Positions 11,825 to 24,826 of a DNA stretch of 64,000 nucleotides are shown here, one piece after another. Positions within the stretch are counted from its first letter, which is position 1. Every line of letters starts with the position of its first letter. Both the position numbers and the translations under genes were made by a program. The DNA comes from Phyllobates terribilis (Eukaryota), in contig NW_027362765.1 of NCBI RefSeq assembly GCF_046119375.1, positions 428,110,001 to 428,174,000 of the forward strand, written 5' to 3'. The notes below the pieces were generated by a model. That model was not told the origin of the DNA and ran no database searches. It was given only the letters and a program-made list of their open reading frames with translations.

Positions 11825-11909
11825 ATTCGGGCATTTTAGAAAAGTAGCCGAGAATAAATGTTGTTGCCGCCGCTGTGGAGGTCGAGTACATCAATTGGCC
11901 ACCATGTAA
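11825..11909 (+). CDS. GCNA-like last coding exon (RFGHFRKVAENKCCCRRCGGRVHQLATM*)
   Basis: TTTCTAG acceptor. The CxxCxG motif completes the SprT Zn-binding domain. TAA at 11907-11909. Confidence 0.8.
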
Positions 11910-12039
11910 GGGTGTGACAGCAACAAGAGCAACTCAGGGTGAAGAGACAAGGCGGACAGCTCTCCTCCTTATACAGTACAAGGCTGAACAAGCGATGGAT
12001 GAATCTGTTGTATGGAAACAACTTGTCTGAATTACATTT

Positions 12040-12270
12040 GGGGCATCGCGGTGGCTCAGTGGTTAGCACTGTAGCCTGGCAGCACTGGGGTCCTGGTTTC
12101 AAATCCCACTAAGGACAACATCTGCAAGGAGTTTGTATGTTCTCCCCGTGATTGCATGGGTTTCCTCCGGGTTCTCCGGTTTCCTCCCGCACTATAAAAA
12201 CAGACGGATAGGGAGTTTAGAATGTGAGCCACAACAATATCAATTATTAGATTGTGAGCCATTATAATAA
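12040..12270 (+). mobile_element. tRNA-derived SINE (V-SINE-like), in the presumptive 3' UTR of the GCNA-like gene
   Basis: Near-identical to 6222-6400 (A box, altered B box GGTTTCAAATCC, same core). Confidence 0.8.
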
Positions 12271-12281
12271 TTAATACATGA

Positions 12282-12310
12282 AATAAAGTTTAACATCTCA
12301 GCTGAATAAA
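12282..12310 (+). promoter_or_regulatory. Candidate polyadenylation signals (AATAAA x2)
   Basis: AATAAA at 12282-12287 and 12305-12310, downstream of the last exon. Position only. Confidence 0.35.
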
Positions 12311-12585
12311 GTATTAATGACCTGATTCATTGCTTTTCCACCCATCTCATGATGATTAGAGCTCTCCAGTTTCAGATAATAGGTGACAAGCAGAAAATGT
12401 ATCACTTACAAGAGTCATTTCTCATTTAAATTTTTCAGAACCTGGTGCTCTACAAATTACCAATCTTCGGGGGTCTTACCCCAAATATTTCAGGACCAAT
12501 GCTTAGGTCTGCCTCAGCCTCATTTATAATTCCATTGGTTGCACAGCTCCAATATATTAGGATTAGTGATGATCCAGCACTAAAT

Positions 12586-12960
12586 ACTCTAGTGCTCAAA
12601 TCAAGCATGTTGAACGCTCGGACGGGCTCTACTAGAGTACCGTGTATAATCTAAGTCAATGGGAAACTCGCACATTTTTCCGGAAGACCTTAACAGGAGG
12701 GTTGGGGAGGCAGGGAAAAAAATTGCTGAAATGGGTGAAAGCAGTGCTCACATGGAATGGAAACAGCATGGGGAAGATGCCTGGACTCATCTCTGACTCC
12801 AAAGTCGATGTTGGGGACAATGTTGTCAAGAGTTTTCCTCCACTTTTATAGACTGACAAGTAAACATACAAAACTGAAGATAAAATGGATTTTACAGGAA
12901 AAAAATGTTTAAAACCATTCCTTCCTGTATAATGAGTAGCATATAAGGCAGAATTAAAAA
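12586..12960 (-). mobile_element. Degenerate terminal fragment of the hAT B/C family
   Basis: Shares the AGTCAATGGGAAACTCG ... GGAAACAGCATGGGGAAGA ... CTGACTCC blocks with 48974-49400 and 49927-50350. Confidence 0.65.
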
Positions 12961-13887
12961 GAGAAAAAAAAAAGCCTCCTCCGTCCCTTAATAGCCGGGC
13001 CATCTCACACCGTATTTCCCCGTTGCCTATGACTACAGTTGATGACTTTAAACTGGTTTCTTTCCCCCGAATATTTATATGGGAAGGTCACTATGGGTTC
13101 GGGGGAGACCCCCTGAAAGTCATAAGGTGTAGACATCACAATCTCTGCTGGCAGCGAAGAGCTATGGGGAGTTTTCCTAAAGCTAGTCATCTGGCCCTGC
13201 AATTGGGACTGAGAAGATTCAAGAATTTAGTGTCTCTCAGCCAGATCTTGAATCTCCAGAAACAGGTTCGTCACGTGATCACCAAGAGTGTGCATGGGAT
13301 CCATGCTGCTGAAAAAAAGGAAACGGTCAACTGTAATGTGACTCTGAGAAGCCATGAGAAAAGGTAGTCAGTAGGTCCAAGGTCAGTAGCTCCAAGGTCA
13401 ATAGGTCCAAGGTCAGAGGGCTCGAGGTACAGAGAGGAAAGACAAGTGGCATGGCCAGGAGATAGTCCAGGGTCAAATGCCAGGAGAGTACATCAAGACA
13501 AAAGAGTAAGTTAAATGGATAGTCAGAGGCCAAGTCCAGGGTCAGGTATCATTACCAGAGGTAGCTTTCATTGATTGTAGGTCTGTTGCTAACTTCATAG
13601 ATTCAGGACTAGTCCTCAGATTAGGATTTGGGACAGTTGTTGCCATTGACTTAACACTGTTACTCCAGAACTTTGTCCAGCTGATAATGGTGGAATTCAC
13701 AATTAAAGTGGGAACAATTCACTCTGAGTCCATCTCCTGCTATGTTTTGGATAATTTGCCTGCTGGGTTGTTATTGGGGTTTCCATGGCTGCACATTCAT
13801 TATTCTGTTATTGATTGATGATTGAAGAATATTGTTTTAAGTGGAGCCTCAACTGTCATAAGAAATGTTTTATTTCTTTAAGAATTT

Positions 13888-15211
13888 TTACCGGAGGCGC
13901 TCCTGTGGATAATGATAGAGACTCCACTGTAAGCTTAGTGGAAACGCTCCAATAGGCTCGCAGGTAACTGCTCAAAATCGCATAGATTCAAGATAAAAAT
14001 TATTTTGAATTAAAAACCACTCAAGGGAGGAGTGGTTGGCATATAGTAGCATATAATGGCACAACGCGTTTCTGCTCTCAAGGAGCCTTCATCAGGTGCA
14101 TGTTGAGCTATACAATATACAAGCTGTAAATACCCTATTTGTATAGTAAGGGGTGGGGCTCTGTACCCCGGCATTAAGCTGAACTTCATTATATCAAACA
14201 GTCTACACCTTCCCACCCGCACACAGGCTGCGAGAACACTCCATCCCAACTACATTTAAAAAAAAAAGCCTGCCAGTATCCAAAAAATGACCGCCATACA
14301 CATGAAATACACAATTGATTGAAAGGATTCTATACACAAATAAAACCAAGAGAATAACCAAGGAGAAAATGAGATTCTCACAAAGAAATATGATGTATTG
14401 GATTGTAAAATAGATCTCTAAAGGAACCATTTTTGATTTTTAGCCTTACATTTGCATTCCCCATTTACTTCATATTCATTCATAAATAGATTCATGTTTT
14501 GTATAGTTGGCCTTTAGATATGCAGAAAAATATATGTAAGTATTATAAATAAAGGGACGGTAGTAAATAAAAAGAAAATATATATATATTTTTTGCAATA
14601 GAATAAATATATTAAAATGGCACGACCCTCCTCAAGTCCGAAAACCTTTCTTCCGATGTGAATTCAAACCATAGGCTATATTTGTATATATTTTATATAT
14701 TCCATCTGTGAATAAAGAACATTGCAAATTTGAAACTGTTTTTGCTTTAATAATCGCTAGTAAATAACCGTTTGATAACACTATGTTTGTATAGTTAATT
14801 GTCATCTTGAGATTGGAAAAAATAAATAAATTGTATATATAAAAAACACTAAAAAAACAAAAAAAACTGAAAAAAAAACCCAAAACCCCAAAAAAACACA
14901 CAAATTTTTTTTTATGTAAAAAAAAATAAATAAAAATAATATAAAAAAAAAATTAAATAAAAATAGAAATAAATAAGGAAAGCCCTACTAGAATTGCAAT
15001 AAATTACCAATCACAAGTGCGAAGTATATGCACCTATATCTGAAACGAACAGGATTTTTATTTTGGCTGTGGGTGATTGATTCCATCTACTATTAAAGGA
15101 TGGTGTTAGACGAAGTCTACAACCTCATTTAAACCGTCCGGATGGAGGCTTCCAAGCTTAAAAATCCAGAAGGATTCTTTGGAATTAAGGGTGGCTCTTC
15201 TATTTCTGATA
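13888..15211 (-). repeat. Left pseudo-LTR arm (GIY-YIG C-terminus + 3' UTR + hammerhead)
   Basis: Long inverted match to the right arm. Confidence 0.9.
14059..14099 (-). ncRNA. Minimal type-I hammerhead ribozyme (PLE-associated)
   Basis: The sense strand reads GCAC-CUGAUGA-AG-GCUC-CUUGA-GAGC-A-GAAACGCGUU-GUGC. Stem I is GCAC/GUGC, both core boxes are complete, stem II is GCUC/GAGC, stem III is the palindrome ACGCGU, and the triplet is GUU. Confidence 0.75.
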
Positions 15212-15462
15212 CCTGCAGGGATCTGTTCAAGCGGTGTGACTACTACAGAATCAAAATTTTTATTATGCACTAATGTGATGTGCTTGCAGGGGTGGATTAA
15301 GAGTAGCAAGGGCCCCGGGCAGTTTAGAAGGCACGGGCCCCCCACCCCACACACACACACCTGATGTATCACGTGACATGTCACATGATCCCCTGTGATA
15401 GATCATGTGATAGTTCACGTGAAATTAATTTGGCACAATATTAATTATAATAATTTTTTTTA

Positions 15463-16248
15463 GGCTGTGTGCCCACTACGCGTTTTTTAAGCGTTTCCGC
15501 AGCGGCAATTCCGCTGCAGAAACACTTAAAAAACGCTTGGTAGAAGGTCTGCCATGTTCCCCAATGATAATCCGCATGTGCTGTGCACATGCTGCGGAAA
15601 TTTCCTCTGCGGATTATCATTGCGGAAAAATCCGCAGCACTAATAATTATTTTGCGGAAGCGCGGCGTTTTCGCCGCCATTGACTTGCATTGGAACGCAC
15701 GTAATCCGCATCACTGCATCTGTACATTCAGAATCCATGCGTTTCAATGTTCGGATGGTACCCGGGTTTGGAGAAGAGGAGACTCTACCATAGAACCTGT
15801 AAAAAAAAAAATTAAATAAATATTATACTTACCTTCTGATGGCCCCCGATGTCTTTATCCGATGCGTCCTGGCTTGCAGGCAGCTCGCGATGGTCTAAAA
15901 AGAACCTGCCATGACGTCATTTAGTCATGTGACGGGTCACGCGACCGCTGACGTCGGCAGGCCATCAGAAGGTGGTTGCATGGATTTATATAGTGTGACT
16001 AAGTTGTCAAGCACTTTCCAAGTGATGCTAAACTCGCTTGGAAAGCGCTTGTCAACCCGCATGCGGAAATGCATGTGAAGAACGCTTCACATCCGCATGT
16101 CCCTGGCAGGAAAAACGCTTGTAAAATCCGCATGTACAATCCGCATGTACAATCCGCATGTACAATCCGCATGTGTTTTTTCTGCCAGGGAGATGCAGAA
16201 ACTCTCAAAAAAAAATCCGGAGCATTTCTGCATCGTGGGCACATAGCC
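15463..16248. mobile_element. PIF/Harbinger-type MITE
   Basis: TIRs GGCTGTGTGCCCAC and GTGGGCACATAGCC. 3-bp TSD TTA on both sides. Confidence 0.8.
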
Positions 16249-16284
16249 TTACATTAATTGTATGACTCAATATTGAGCACAAGT

Positions 16285-17118
16285 AGCCATCTAGACACAG
16301 CAGGAGGCCGCACGGAGCCATCTAGACACAGAGGGAGGCCGCACGGAGCCATCTAGACACAGCAGGGAGCCACACGTAGCCATCTATACACAGCAGGAGG
16401 CCGCACGTAGCCATCTATACACAGCAGGAGGCCGCACGGAGCCATCTAGACACAGCGGGAGGCTGCACGGAGCCATCTAGACACAGCAGGGAGCCGCACG
16501 GAGCCATCTAGACACAGCAGGGAGCCGCACGGAGCCATCTAGACACAGCGGGAGGCCGCACGGAGCCATCTAGACACAGCGGGAGGCCGCACGGAACCAT
16601 CTAGACACAGCGGGAGGCCGCACGGAGCCATCTAGACACAGAGGGAGGCCGCACGGAGCCATCTAGGCACAGCGGGAGGCCGCACGGAGCCATCTAGACA
16701 CAGCGGGAGGCCGCACGGAGCCATCTAGACACAGCGGGAGGCTGCACGGAGCCATCTAGACACAGCGGGAGGCCGCACGGAGCCATCTAGACACAGCAGG
16801 GAGCCGCACGGAGCCATCTATACACAGCAGGGAGCCGCACGGAGCCATCTATACACAGCAGGGAGCCGCACGGAGCCATCTATACACAGCAGGGAGCCGC
16901 ACGGAGCCATCTATACACAGCGGGAGGCCGCACGGAGCCATCTAGACACAGCAGGAGGCCGCACGGAGCCATCTAGACACAGCGGGAGGCCGCACGGAGC
17001 CATCTAGACACAGCGGGAGGCCGCACGGAGCCATCTAGACACAGCGGGAGGCCGCACGGCCCCCCCTGCAGAGACAGCAGGAGGCCGCACGGCGCCATCT
17101 ATACTCAGCAGGAGGCCG
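16285..17118. repeat. 31-bp minisatellite (~27 copies, GAGCCATCTAGACACAGCGGGAGGCCGCACG)
   Basis: Tandem units read directly. Confidence 0.92.
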
Positions 17119-19482
17119 CATGCAGTCACGCACACAAACATATACATACACGCACAAACACATTTGAAACACAAAAATACATATAAACAGACATCACAAA
17201 ATGATATCAGCCTATACATACATACACATACACACACTCACCATCCCCCGGCTTGTCTCCAGTCCTCCTGACTCCTGCTTCTCTCCGGTGGTAAGTAGCA
17301 GTGCAGGCCGGGCGCGCACAGCGTGACGTCACAGCTAGGAGACATGGCCGCGAACAGGGCCGTGTCTCCTAGCAGTGACGCGACCGGGCCAGCACAGGGA
17401 AGTTAACTGCTGCAGTGCTGGCCCGGCCGATGAAGATGTAGCGGCGGCCGCTGCTGGGGGAGTGGTCCGGGGCCCCCCCTCCCGCCACTGCTACCGGTAT
17501 GTGCCGCGCGGCCACACATATAATGAGGGCAATACGGCCATAGCCCCCCCGGAGCCCCGGGCCCCCTGGAGACCCGAGGCTCCGGGCGGTAGCCCGGATT
17601 GCCCTCATTATAATCCGCCTATGTGTGCTTGGATAGACTTTGTTTCAGAAAGCCTGTTTTGGCATTATGCCTGTGGCCGTTCTCACTGTTCTGCAAGGTC
17701 TGAACTGTACGTCCCACATTATTGAGCCCACAGTTACATGTGACTGCATATATAAGAAATTCAGAACCACATGTGAACTCATACGTAGGCTTTGCAGTAA
17801 CCTGAGCTATTTTATCGTTTGGGGCTCTCTTGTCAAAGTTGATAATTCTACAACAATAACACTTTTTCTTCCCGAATTTAAAGATTCCCACTTTTTCTTT
17901 ATCAGGCCTCTGTACAGTATAAATATTTTCATTCCTCAACAGACTGGGCTCTAAACTATTTTTTATAGTTTTGCCCCTACTAAACACCATATTGGGTCTC
18001 GGGGGGACTAGATCTTTTAAAATGGGGTCCTTCCTAACAAGATACCAATATTTATTTAATATTTTACGAATGATGTGGTTTCCTTTATTATATACTGTAA
18101 TGAAACTATGTTTCCAGTCGGATTTGCTCTTCTCTGGATTGCTTGGCGGTTTCTGAATCAAACAATCGTTTTGAGTGAGCGCTAGATTATTTTGATAGGA
18201 GGATGCCACTAATGCTCTAGGGTAACCTTCTCTTTGAATCTTGTGATGAATGTGTTTGATTGTGCCTGGTGATCTGCTGTTGCGATACAGTTACAAGTAA
18301 TGCGTCAGAATTGACTTGGGGTAATGTGCGCTCGAGTAATCAAGGTATCCATTTGTGTCTACCAATTTGAAATATGTTCCACTTTGGATTTTTTGACCTA
18401 CAGTATATAGTTCAAGATCCAAATAAACAATTTTTCCTTTAGATGTATTGCTAGCGAACGATAAGCCCCAATCATTTTGGTTTAACTCTTTCACAAAGGA
18501 CTCTGCTTCGCTTGTTGTGCTCCTCCATATTATGATTAAATCATCGATATATTTGCGATAATATGGAATGTGATCCTTGTATTTGGGGGCTGTGAGTGGT
18601 GACAGGGACTCAAATCGCCGCATGAATGAATTTGTGAAACTGGGTGCGACCCGAGTCCCCATCGCAGTCCTGAACTGCTGCAGGTACAGTGTGTTTTGGA
18701 ACCAAAAAAGATTATGTTCGAGTATAAATCTCAGGCTTTTGAGAAGAAAGATTTTTTGTTCCATCAACACCGCTGCGTCGTTTGATAAATAATAATCTAT
18801 AGATTCGATACCCTGGTTGTGATCTATATTTGAATACAGCACACAAACGTCAAGGGTGAAAAAAAGAAAATCGGTCTCCCATTCTATATCTATAGCTTCC
18901 AATATCAATTGCGTGGAATCTTTAAGATATGAGGGTAATTTTGATACATAATCCTGTCAGAGTAAATCAACATAATGGGACAGGGAGCTGATTAAGGAAC
19001 CAAATGATGGGTCTTCCCGAATTATTTTTGTCTTTATGAATTTTGGGTAAATGGTAAAATATTGCCGGATTAGCATTATTATTGGTTAAGAACAGTTTTT
19101 CTTTTTTGTTGAGTACTTTTGCTTGATACGCTTCATTTATCAGGATGTTGTATTCTTTTTCATAGGATTTGGTAGGATCTACTGTAATAATTTTGTAGTA
19201 TTTATTATCCGAAAGAATATTTAGTGCTTCCTTGATATAATCATCTCGATCTTGTACAACCACCCCCCCCCTCTTGTCAGCTTGTCTTATGACAATTTTG
19301 GTGTTATTTTGTAGACGTTTTAAAGCCAAACGTTCCCCTTTTCGTAAATTGTATGTACTTATTTTAGTTTCATTAATATTTTCGATCTCCCCCATCACGA
19401 GGTTATAAAAGGTTCCAAGAAAGTGTCCTCTATAATGTAGAGGATAACATTGAAATTTTGGTGCAACTGTTTGATGTATATA

Positions 19483-21105
<1,623 letters not shown>

Positions 21106-21913
21106 TATACAACTGACTCTAAAGCCAAAGGTTCAGATTTCACTTTGGTTTTTTCAATCTGGAAGTGTCTATCTAGGGTGAGTTTGTGAACTAACTTATT
21201 TAAATCCAGGAATAGTTGATATTCACTTGCTTGTTGTGAGGGGCAAAATTTTTATCCTTTGGCCAGGAGATTAATTTCAAAGTTATCGAGTGTATGTTGT
21301 GATAAGTTAAAAATCTTTACAGCTTGGGAGCATTTTTTGTGGGGTGTATTTTGGGGTACTGTTGGTGTTTTCTTCCTCCTCGTTTTCCCCGCAATGTTCT
21401 TTTCTTTTTCGAGATGATTTGAGTGGTGGAAAGAACTTTGTTATGGAGTGTGACCAGAGGGATAGAGGAGGAGGGAGGGTAGTGGCGGGGCATATGTGCA
21501 CTGGAAATGTCAAGGACAGGCATGTGGGGTCCAATCCTAAAAAAGAAATATCGGATACGTTGCTGAATGTGGATGCGACTGAGGACGAAGATGATTTGGG
21601 AAACCAGGAGGATGGAGTCGTGATATTCATGGGAAGTATGGTGTTTTGTAAAAAAGAATTGGCTGAAGTGTCATAAACAGAGATATTGCGGAGGTTAATA
21701 GGAGATAGAGCATCAGATCCAGAAAGTAAGGGGGTATCTCCTTTTTTAATAGTGATGAATTCTGGTAAATTTGGATTGGGTGTGGGATAGCTGGAGGGAT
21801 CCACAACCACCAGTGGAATGGTTTATAACAGGGTGGGATGGAGGAACAGGTGGGGTGTCAACCGGGGGGGCCGGTAAGGTATTGTCTAAGGGACTGAGTG
21901 AATGTCTATTGAA

Positions 21914-22052
21914 TATCAGAAATAGAAGAGCCACCCTTAATTCCAAAGAATCCTTCTGGATTTTTAGGCTTGGGAGCCTCCATCCGGACGGTTTAAATGA
22001 GGTCGTAGAGTAGGTCTAACACCATCCTTTAATAGTAGAAGGAATCAATCAC
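21914..22052 (+). repeat. Right pseudo-LTR arm, inner part (continues at 32963 after the hAT insertion)
   Basis: Reverse complement of ~15070-15211; encodes IRNRRATLNSKESFWIFRLGSLHPDGLNEVV. Confidence 0.88.
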
Positions 22053-22551
22053 TAGTGTTGAGCCACCCCCGTAGTGTTCGAGTTCGGTTCGGTTCGTCGA
22101 ACACCCGTGTGTTCGCCGAACTGTTCGTCGAACTGTTCGTCGAACACCTTCGAACACCGTTAAAACCAATGGCAGGCAAACAAAAACACATAGAAACACA
22201 TAGAAAACACCTTCAAAGGTGTCCAAAAGCTGACAAACTGCTCAGAAGACACAACTAACACATGGAAAAGTGACAAGTACATATAGTCATGCGAAAAGAA
22301 AAGAGGTGGAGGAGTAAAAGGAGGGGGAGACACAGATATAGGCATGTCATGCCCTTCTAAAATCCAAAAAGTGAGAAGCCGAGACGGCCAGTCCGCTCCT
22401 GCCCGTGCCACCTCCGTGTCGCCGGGTTTGTGCCAGAGCCGCGGTGAACCCTGACGGCCAGCCCCCCTCTCCCAATACTGGTGCCTGTCCGCTGGTGGGT
22501 CGAGAGAGCCCCCCTGTGGTGGAGGCAGCTCTAAGCTTTTTTATTTAAATT

Positions 22552-22825
22552 GTCCCTCTAATTTGAATGAATACACTTTAAATCCATTTACAAGGATCTA
22601 TTGGAGGGCAAGTCTCATGCCAGCAGCCGCGTAATTCCAGCTCCAGTAGCGTCCACTAAAGCTGCTGCAGTTAAAAAGCTTTTATAAGGATCGAGCTCGG
22701 CTGTCCACCGCAAGGCATCCTAGTGCCAGTCCCAGCCCCTATGCCTTGGGGTGCCTCCTGATGCTCTTCACTAAGTATCCCGTGGTCCCGAAGCATTTCC
22801 TTTGAAAAAATTAAGTGTCCAAACT
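22552..22825 (+). pseudogene. 18S rRNA gene fragment (530-loop region into V4), degenerate
   Basis: ATTGGAGGGCAAGTCT..TGCCAGCAGCCGCG-TAATTCCAGCTCC..TGCTGCAGTTAAAAAGCT, then GGATCGAGCT..GTCCCAGCCCCT..CCCGAAGC.TTT.CTTTGAAAAAATTA. This is colinear with the universally conserved eukaryotic SSU sequence as recalled. Confidence 0.9.
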
Positions 22826-22934
22826 ACAGGTGGTGTAGCTTGCTTAACAGCCGGGATAATCCGCTGACTAGCAGACAATGCTACTAGGCACAAAGTATTT
22901 CCTGGGCTAGATGCAGTTAAAAATTTGTAAGTAG

Positions 22935-24757
22935 ATACTCTCGTTGGATGCTGAGAAAGCATTCCATAGAGTCTCCTGGCACGCCATATATGATTCTCTT
23001 AAAAAGCTTGGGGTAGGGGTCTAGGGGACCCTTTTATAGCCAAAATCATGGCCCTGTATCACAATACGTCACCTAGGCTGAAGATAAATGGAACTGTAGC
23101 ACCGAGGGCTCGGTTGCTACAGACGTATTGCACCTCACCCAGAGGTGTGATATCTCACTCTCAGATAAGGATGGAGTGTGGATCAGGACCCGACACCTGC
23201 ATGCATTACACCACATTGCCGTGGGGCAGGGCGACCAATATGCCCCTGAGATGGGCACGACAGTCCCTGTCCCTGGCTGGAGTGGGGGGAGGGAACACTG
23301 AGGAAGGGGAACCCTGCAGTGCAGGAGCAGGCAGGAAGCAGTTCCTGGGTGCATTGAGAAGGGAGTATAAAAGGTGGGCACCATCTTAGTTCAGTGCAGA
23401 GAAGTCTGAGCAGAAGTGGCAGGGAGCAGGGGCTCTGCATGAGCTCTGCTCCGGAGGCGGGCCTAGTAACAGAGGCCCAGGCCTGCAAGAGGGAGAAGGA
23501 AGGAAGAGGAGCGGAGAAGGCTCCAGGAACGAGGAATGAAGGGATCCCAGGGGTGCGGACGGGCGAGTCGCCACCGCACGCCCGAATCCACCTGCGTGGA
23601 GGGGTCAGGCCAAAGGGGGAGACCGGTCCCCGAACTAGTGGAGGCAGGAAACGACCCTCAGCTAGAAACCGGAGGCTCTGACATTTTATGTGGCGCAGCC
23701 CCTTGTCCACCCGCTAGGAAGGCACCACATAGGGTCAGGGAAACTGGCGCCAAGTTTACCAAGAGGAGGCCCGAGGCAGCCGGACAGAAGTGTTGGTAAG
23801 AAAGGCCAGACAAAGGACACACAAAGGGGGTCCTGTGAAGCGCTCCAAAGTTATCTGGGAGTTGTCTGAGCCCCTCACCTGGTGAGCACAGTACGACGTG
23901 GGCAGCCGTTACCTGCAGACGTGGTCTGGATAATAAGAACTGTGAGTAAAGGCCCTGAACTGCATCACTGACTCCGTGTCGTTACTGCTGCTGCCCTGCA
24001 CCATCACCCCCATCCTCCGCATACACTGCCCTGAGGCTATACTCCTCCCGTGGGGAGTTATGCTACGCTCTGCTGCACCCACAACACCAGCCTTAGCGGT
24101 CTGCCCTGTAGCGGCGGTTCACTCTGACCGCAATCCACGGGTGGCGTAGTCGGACATTTAAACATCAAAACCACATAAATAGTTCCGCCACTGGTTTGAC
24201 CGCCCTGAGCCACGGAACCGGATCGCCGCCACGAAGACTACAACCACCAGCATCCACCAAAAAGGGTCCGGCTCCGGGTGTCCCAAGGCCCAGGGGGTGC
24301 GTCAGAACATTTTCATCACCTTTCACAATCACCAATGGGACAAGGCAGGGATGTCCTCTGTCCCCTCTCTTATACATCCTAGTGACGGAGCACCTGCTCT
24401 CATCAATTCGCCATAACCCCAATATTAGGTGGATTGAGGTGGGAGGCACCGAGTACAAGTGCTCTCTATTTGCTGATGATGTCCTAGTATATATCACTCA
24501 ATCACATATATCCATCCCTGCTGTTATGGCTGAAATAGATCACTTTGTTACATGGTAAAATTTTAAAATCAATGCAGCGAAGTCTGAGGCCCTCGATGTC
24601 TCCCTCCCTAAATCCATATAGGATTCCATCCAGTCCAACTTTCCCTTTGCCTGGCCCTCACAGGGTATCAAATACTTAGGAATTCCTATTCATAGAGACC
24701 TCTCCCATGTATGTTATCTTAATTTTGGGCCCTTTATTGAACAATTCCATACAGACC
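22935..24757 (+). mobile_element. Internal L1/Tx1-type LINE RT fragment, split by a solo LTR
   Basis: LSLDAEKAF.RVSW...LKINGT|FSSPFTITNGTRQGCPLSPLLY...LFADDVLVY...KIN..KSEAL...IKYLGI. No poly(A) tail or TSD seen. Confidence 0.85.
23095..24304 (+). mobile_element. Solo LTR (1.2 kb)
   Basis: TG...CA termini; 4-bp TSD GAAC at 23091-23094 and 24305-24308; TATAAAA at ~23367. Removing it restores the L1 frame. Confidence 0.85.
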
Positions 24758-24826
24758 ACGGTTGGCAAGTTAGAACTGTAAGATTCACTACGTGAACCAC
24801 TGGTGTTTTGTGGAAAAGCACATGTA

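Larger units (their letters stand above)
6821..11909 (+). pseudogene. GCNA: GCNA/ACRC-like SprT-domain metalloprotease gene, probably a pseudogene (8 exons recognised)
   Basis: AG/GT-bounded exons join in compatible phases to give ...MPMCKIPGCFLEDI...NKEELVKRLYRLYNETVFGNL-LPDEMKIEWNNKLTTTSG...IELSDKVLNSAERLRSTLAHEMCHAACWLIEDVMDKHGPLWQAYAKRVNSIHPELPEVKKYHNY...RFGHFRK...CCCRRCGG. This matches the GCNA SprT + Zn-binding region from recall. There is an in-frame TGA at 11497-11499 and a phase mismatch at the end of that exon. Confidence 0.85.
15287..17623. mobile_element. Non-autonomous hAT-type element inserted in the PLE endonuclease
   Basis: Perfect 8-bp TSD TGTGCTTG at 15279-15286 and 17624-17631. 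Imperfect TIRs CAGGGGTGGATTA / (rc) CATAGGCGGATTA. Confidence 0.85.

Noticed and set aside
14632-14901. Phe/Ile-rich membrane-like ORFs, also at 33075-33425
   Set aside because: Translations of the A/T-rich pseudo-LTR UTR, duplicated only because of the inverted repeat.
22552-22825. Functional rRNA gene
   Set aside because: Only ~270 bp, with substitutions and a deletion in invariant positions, and no flanking 18S/ITS/28S.
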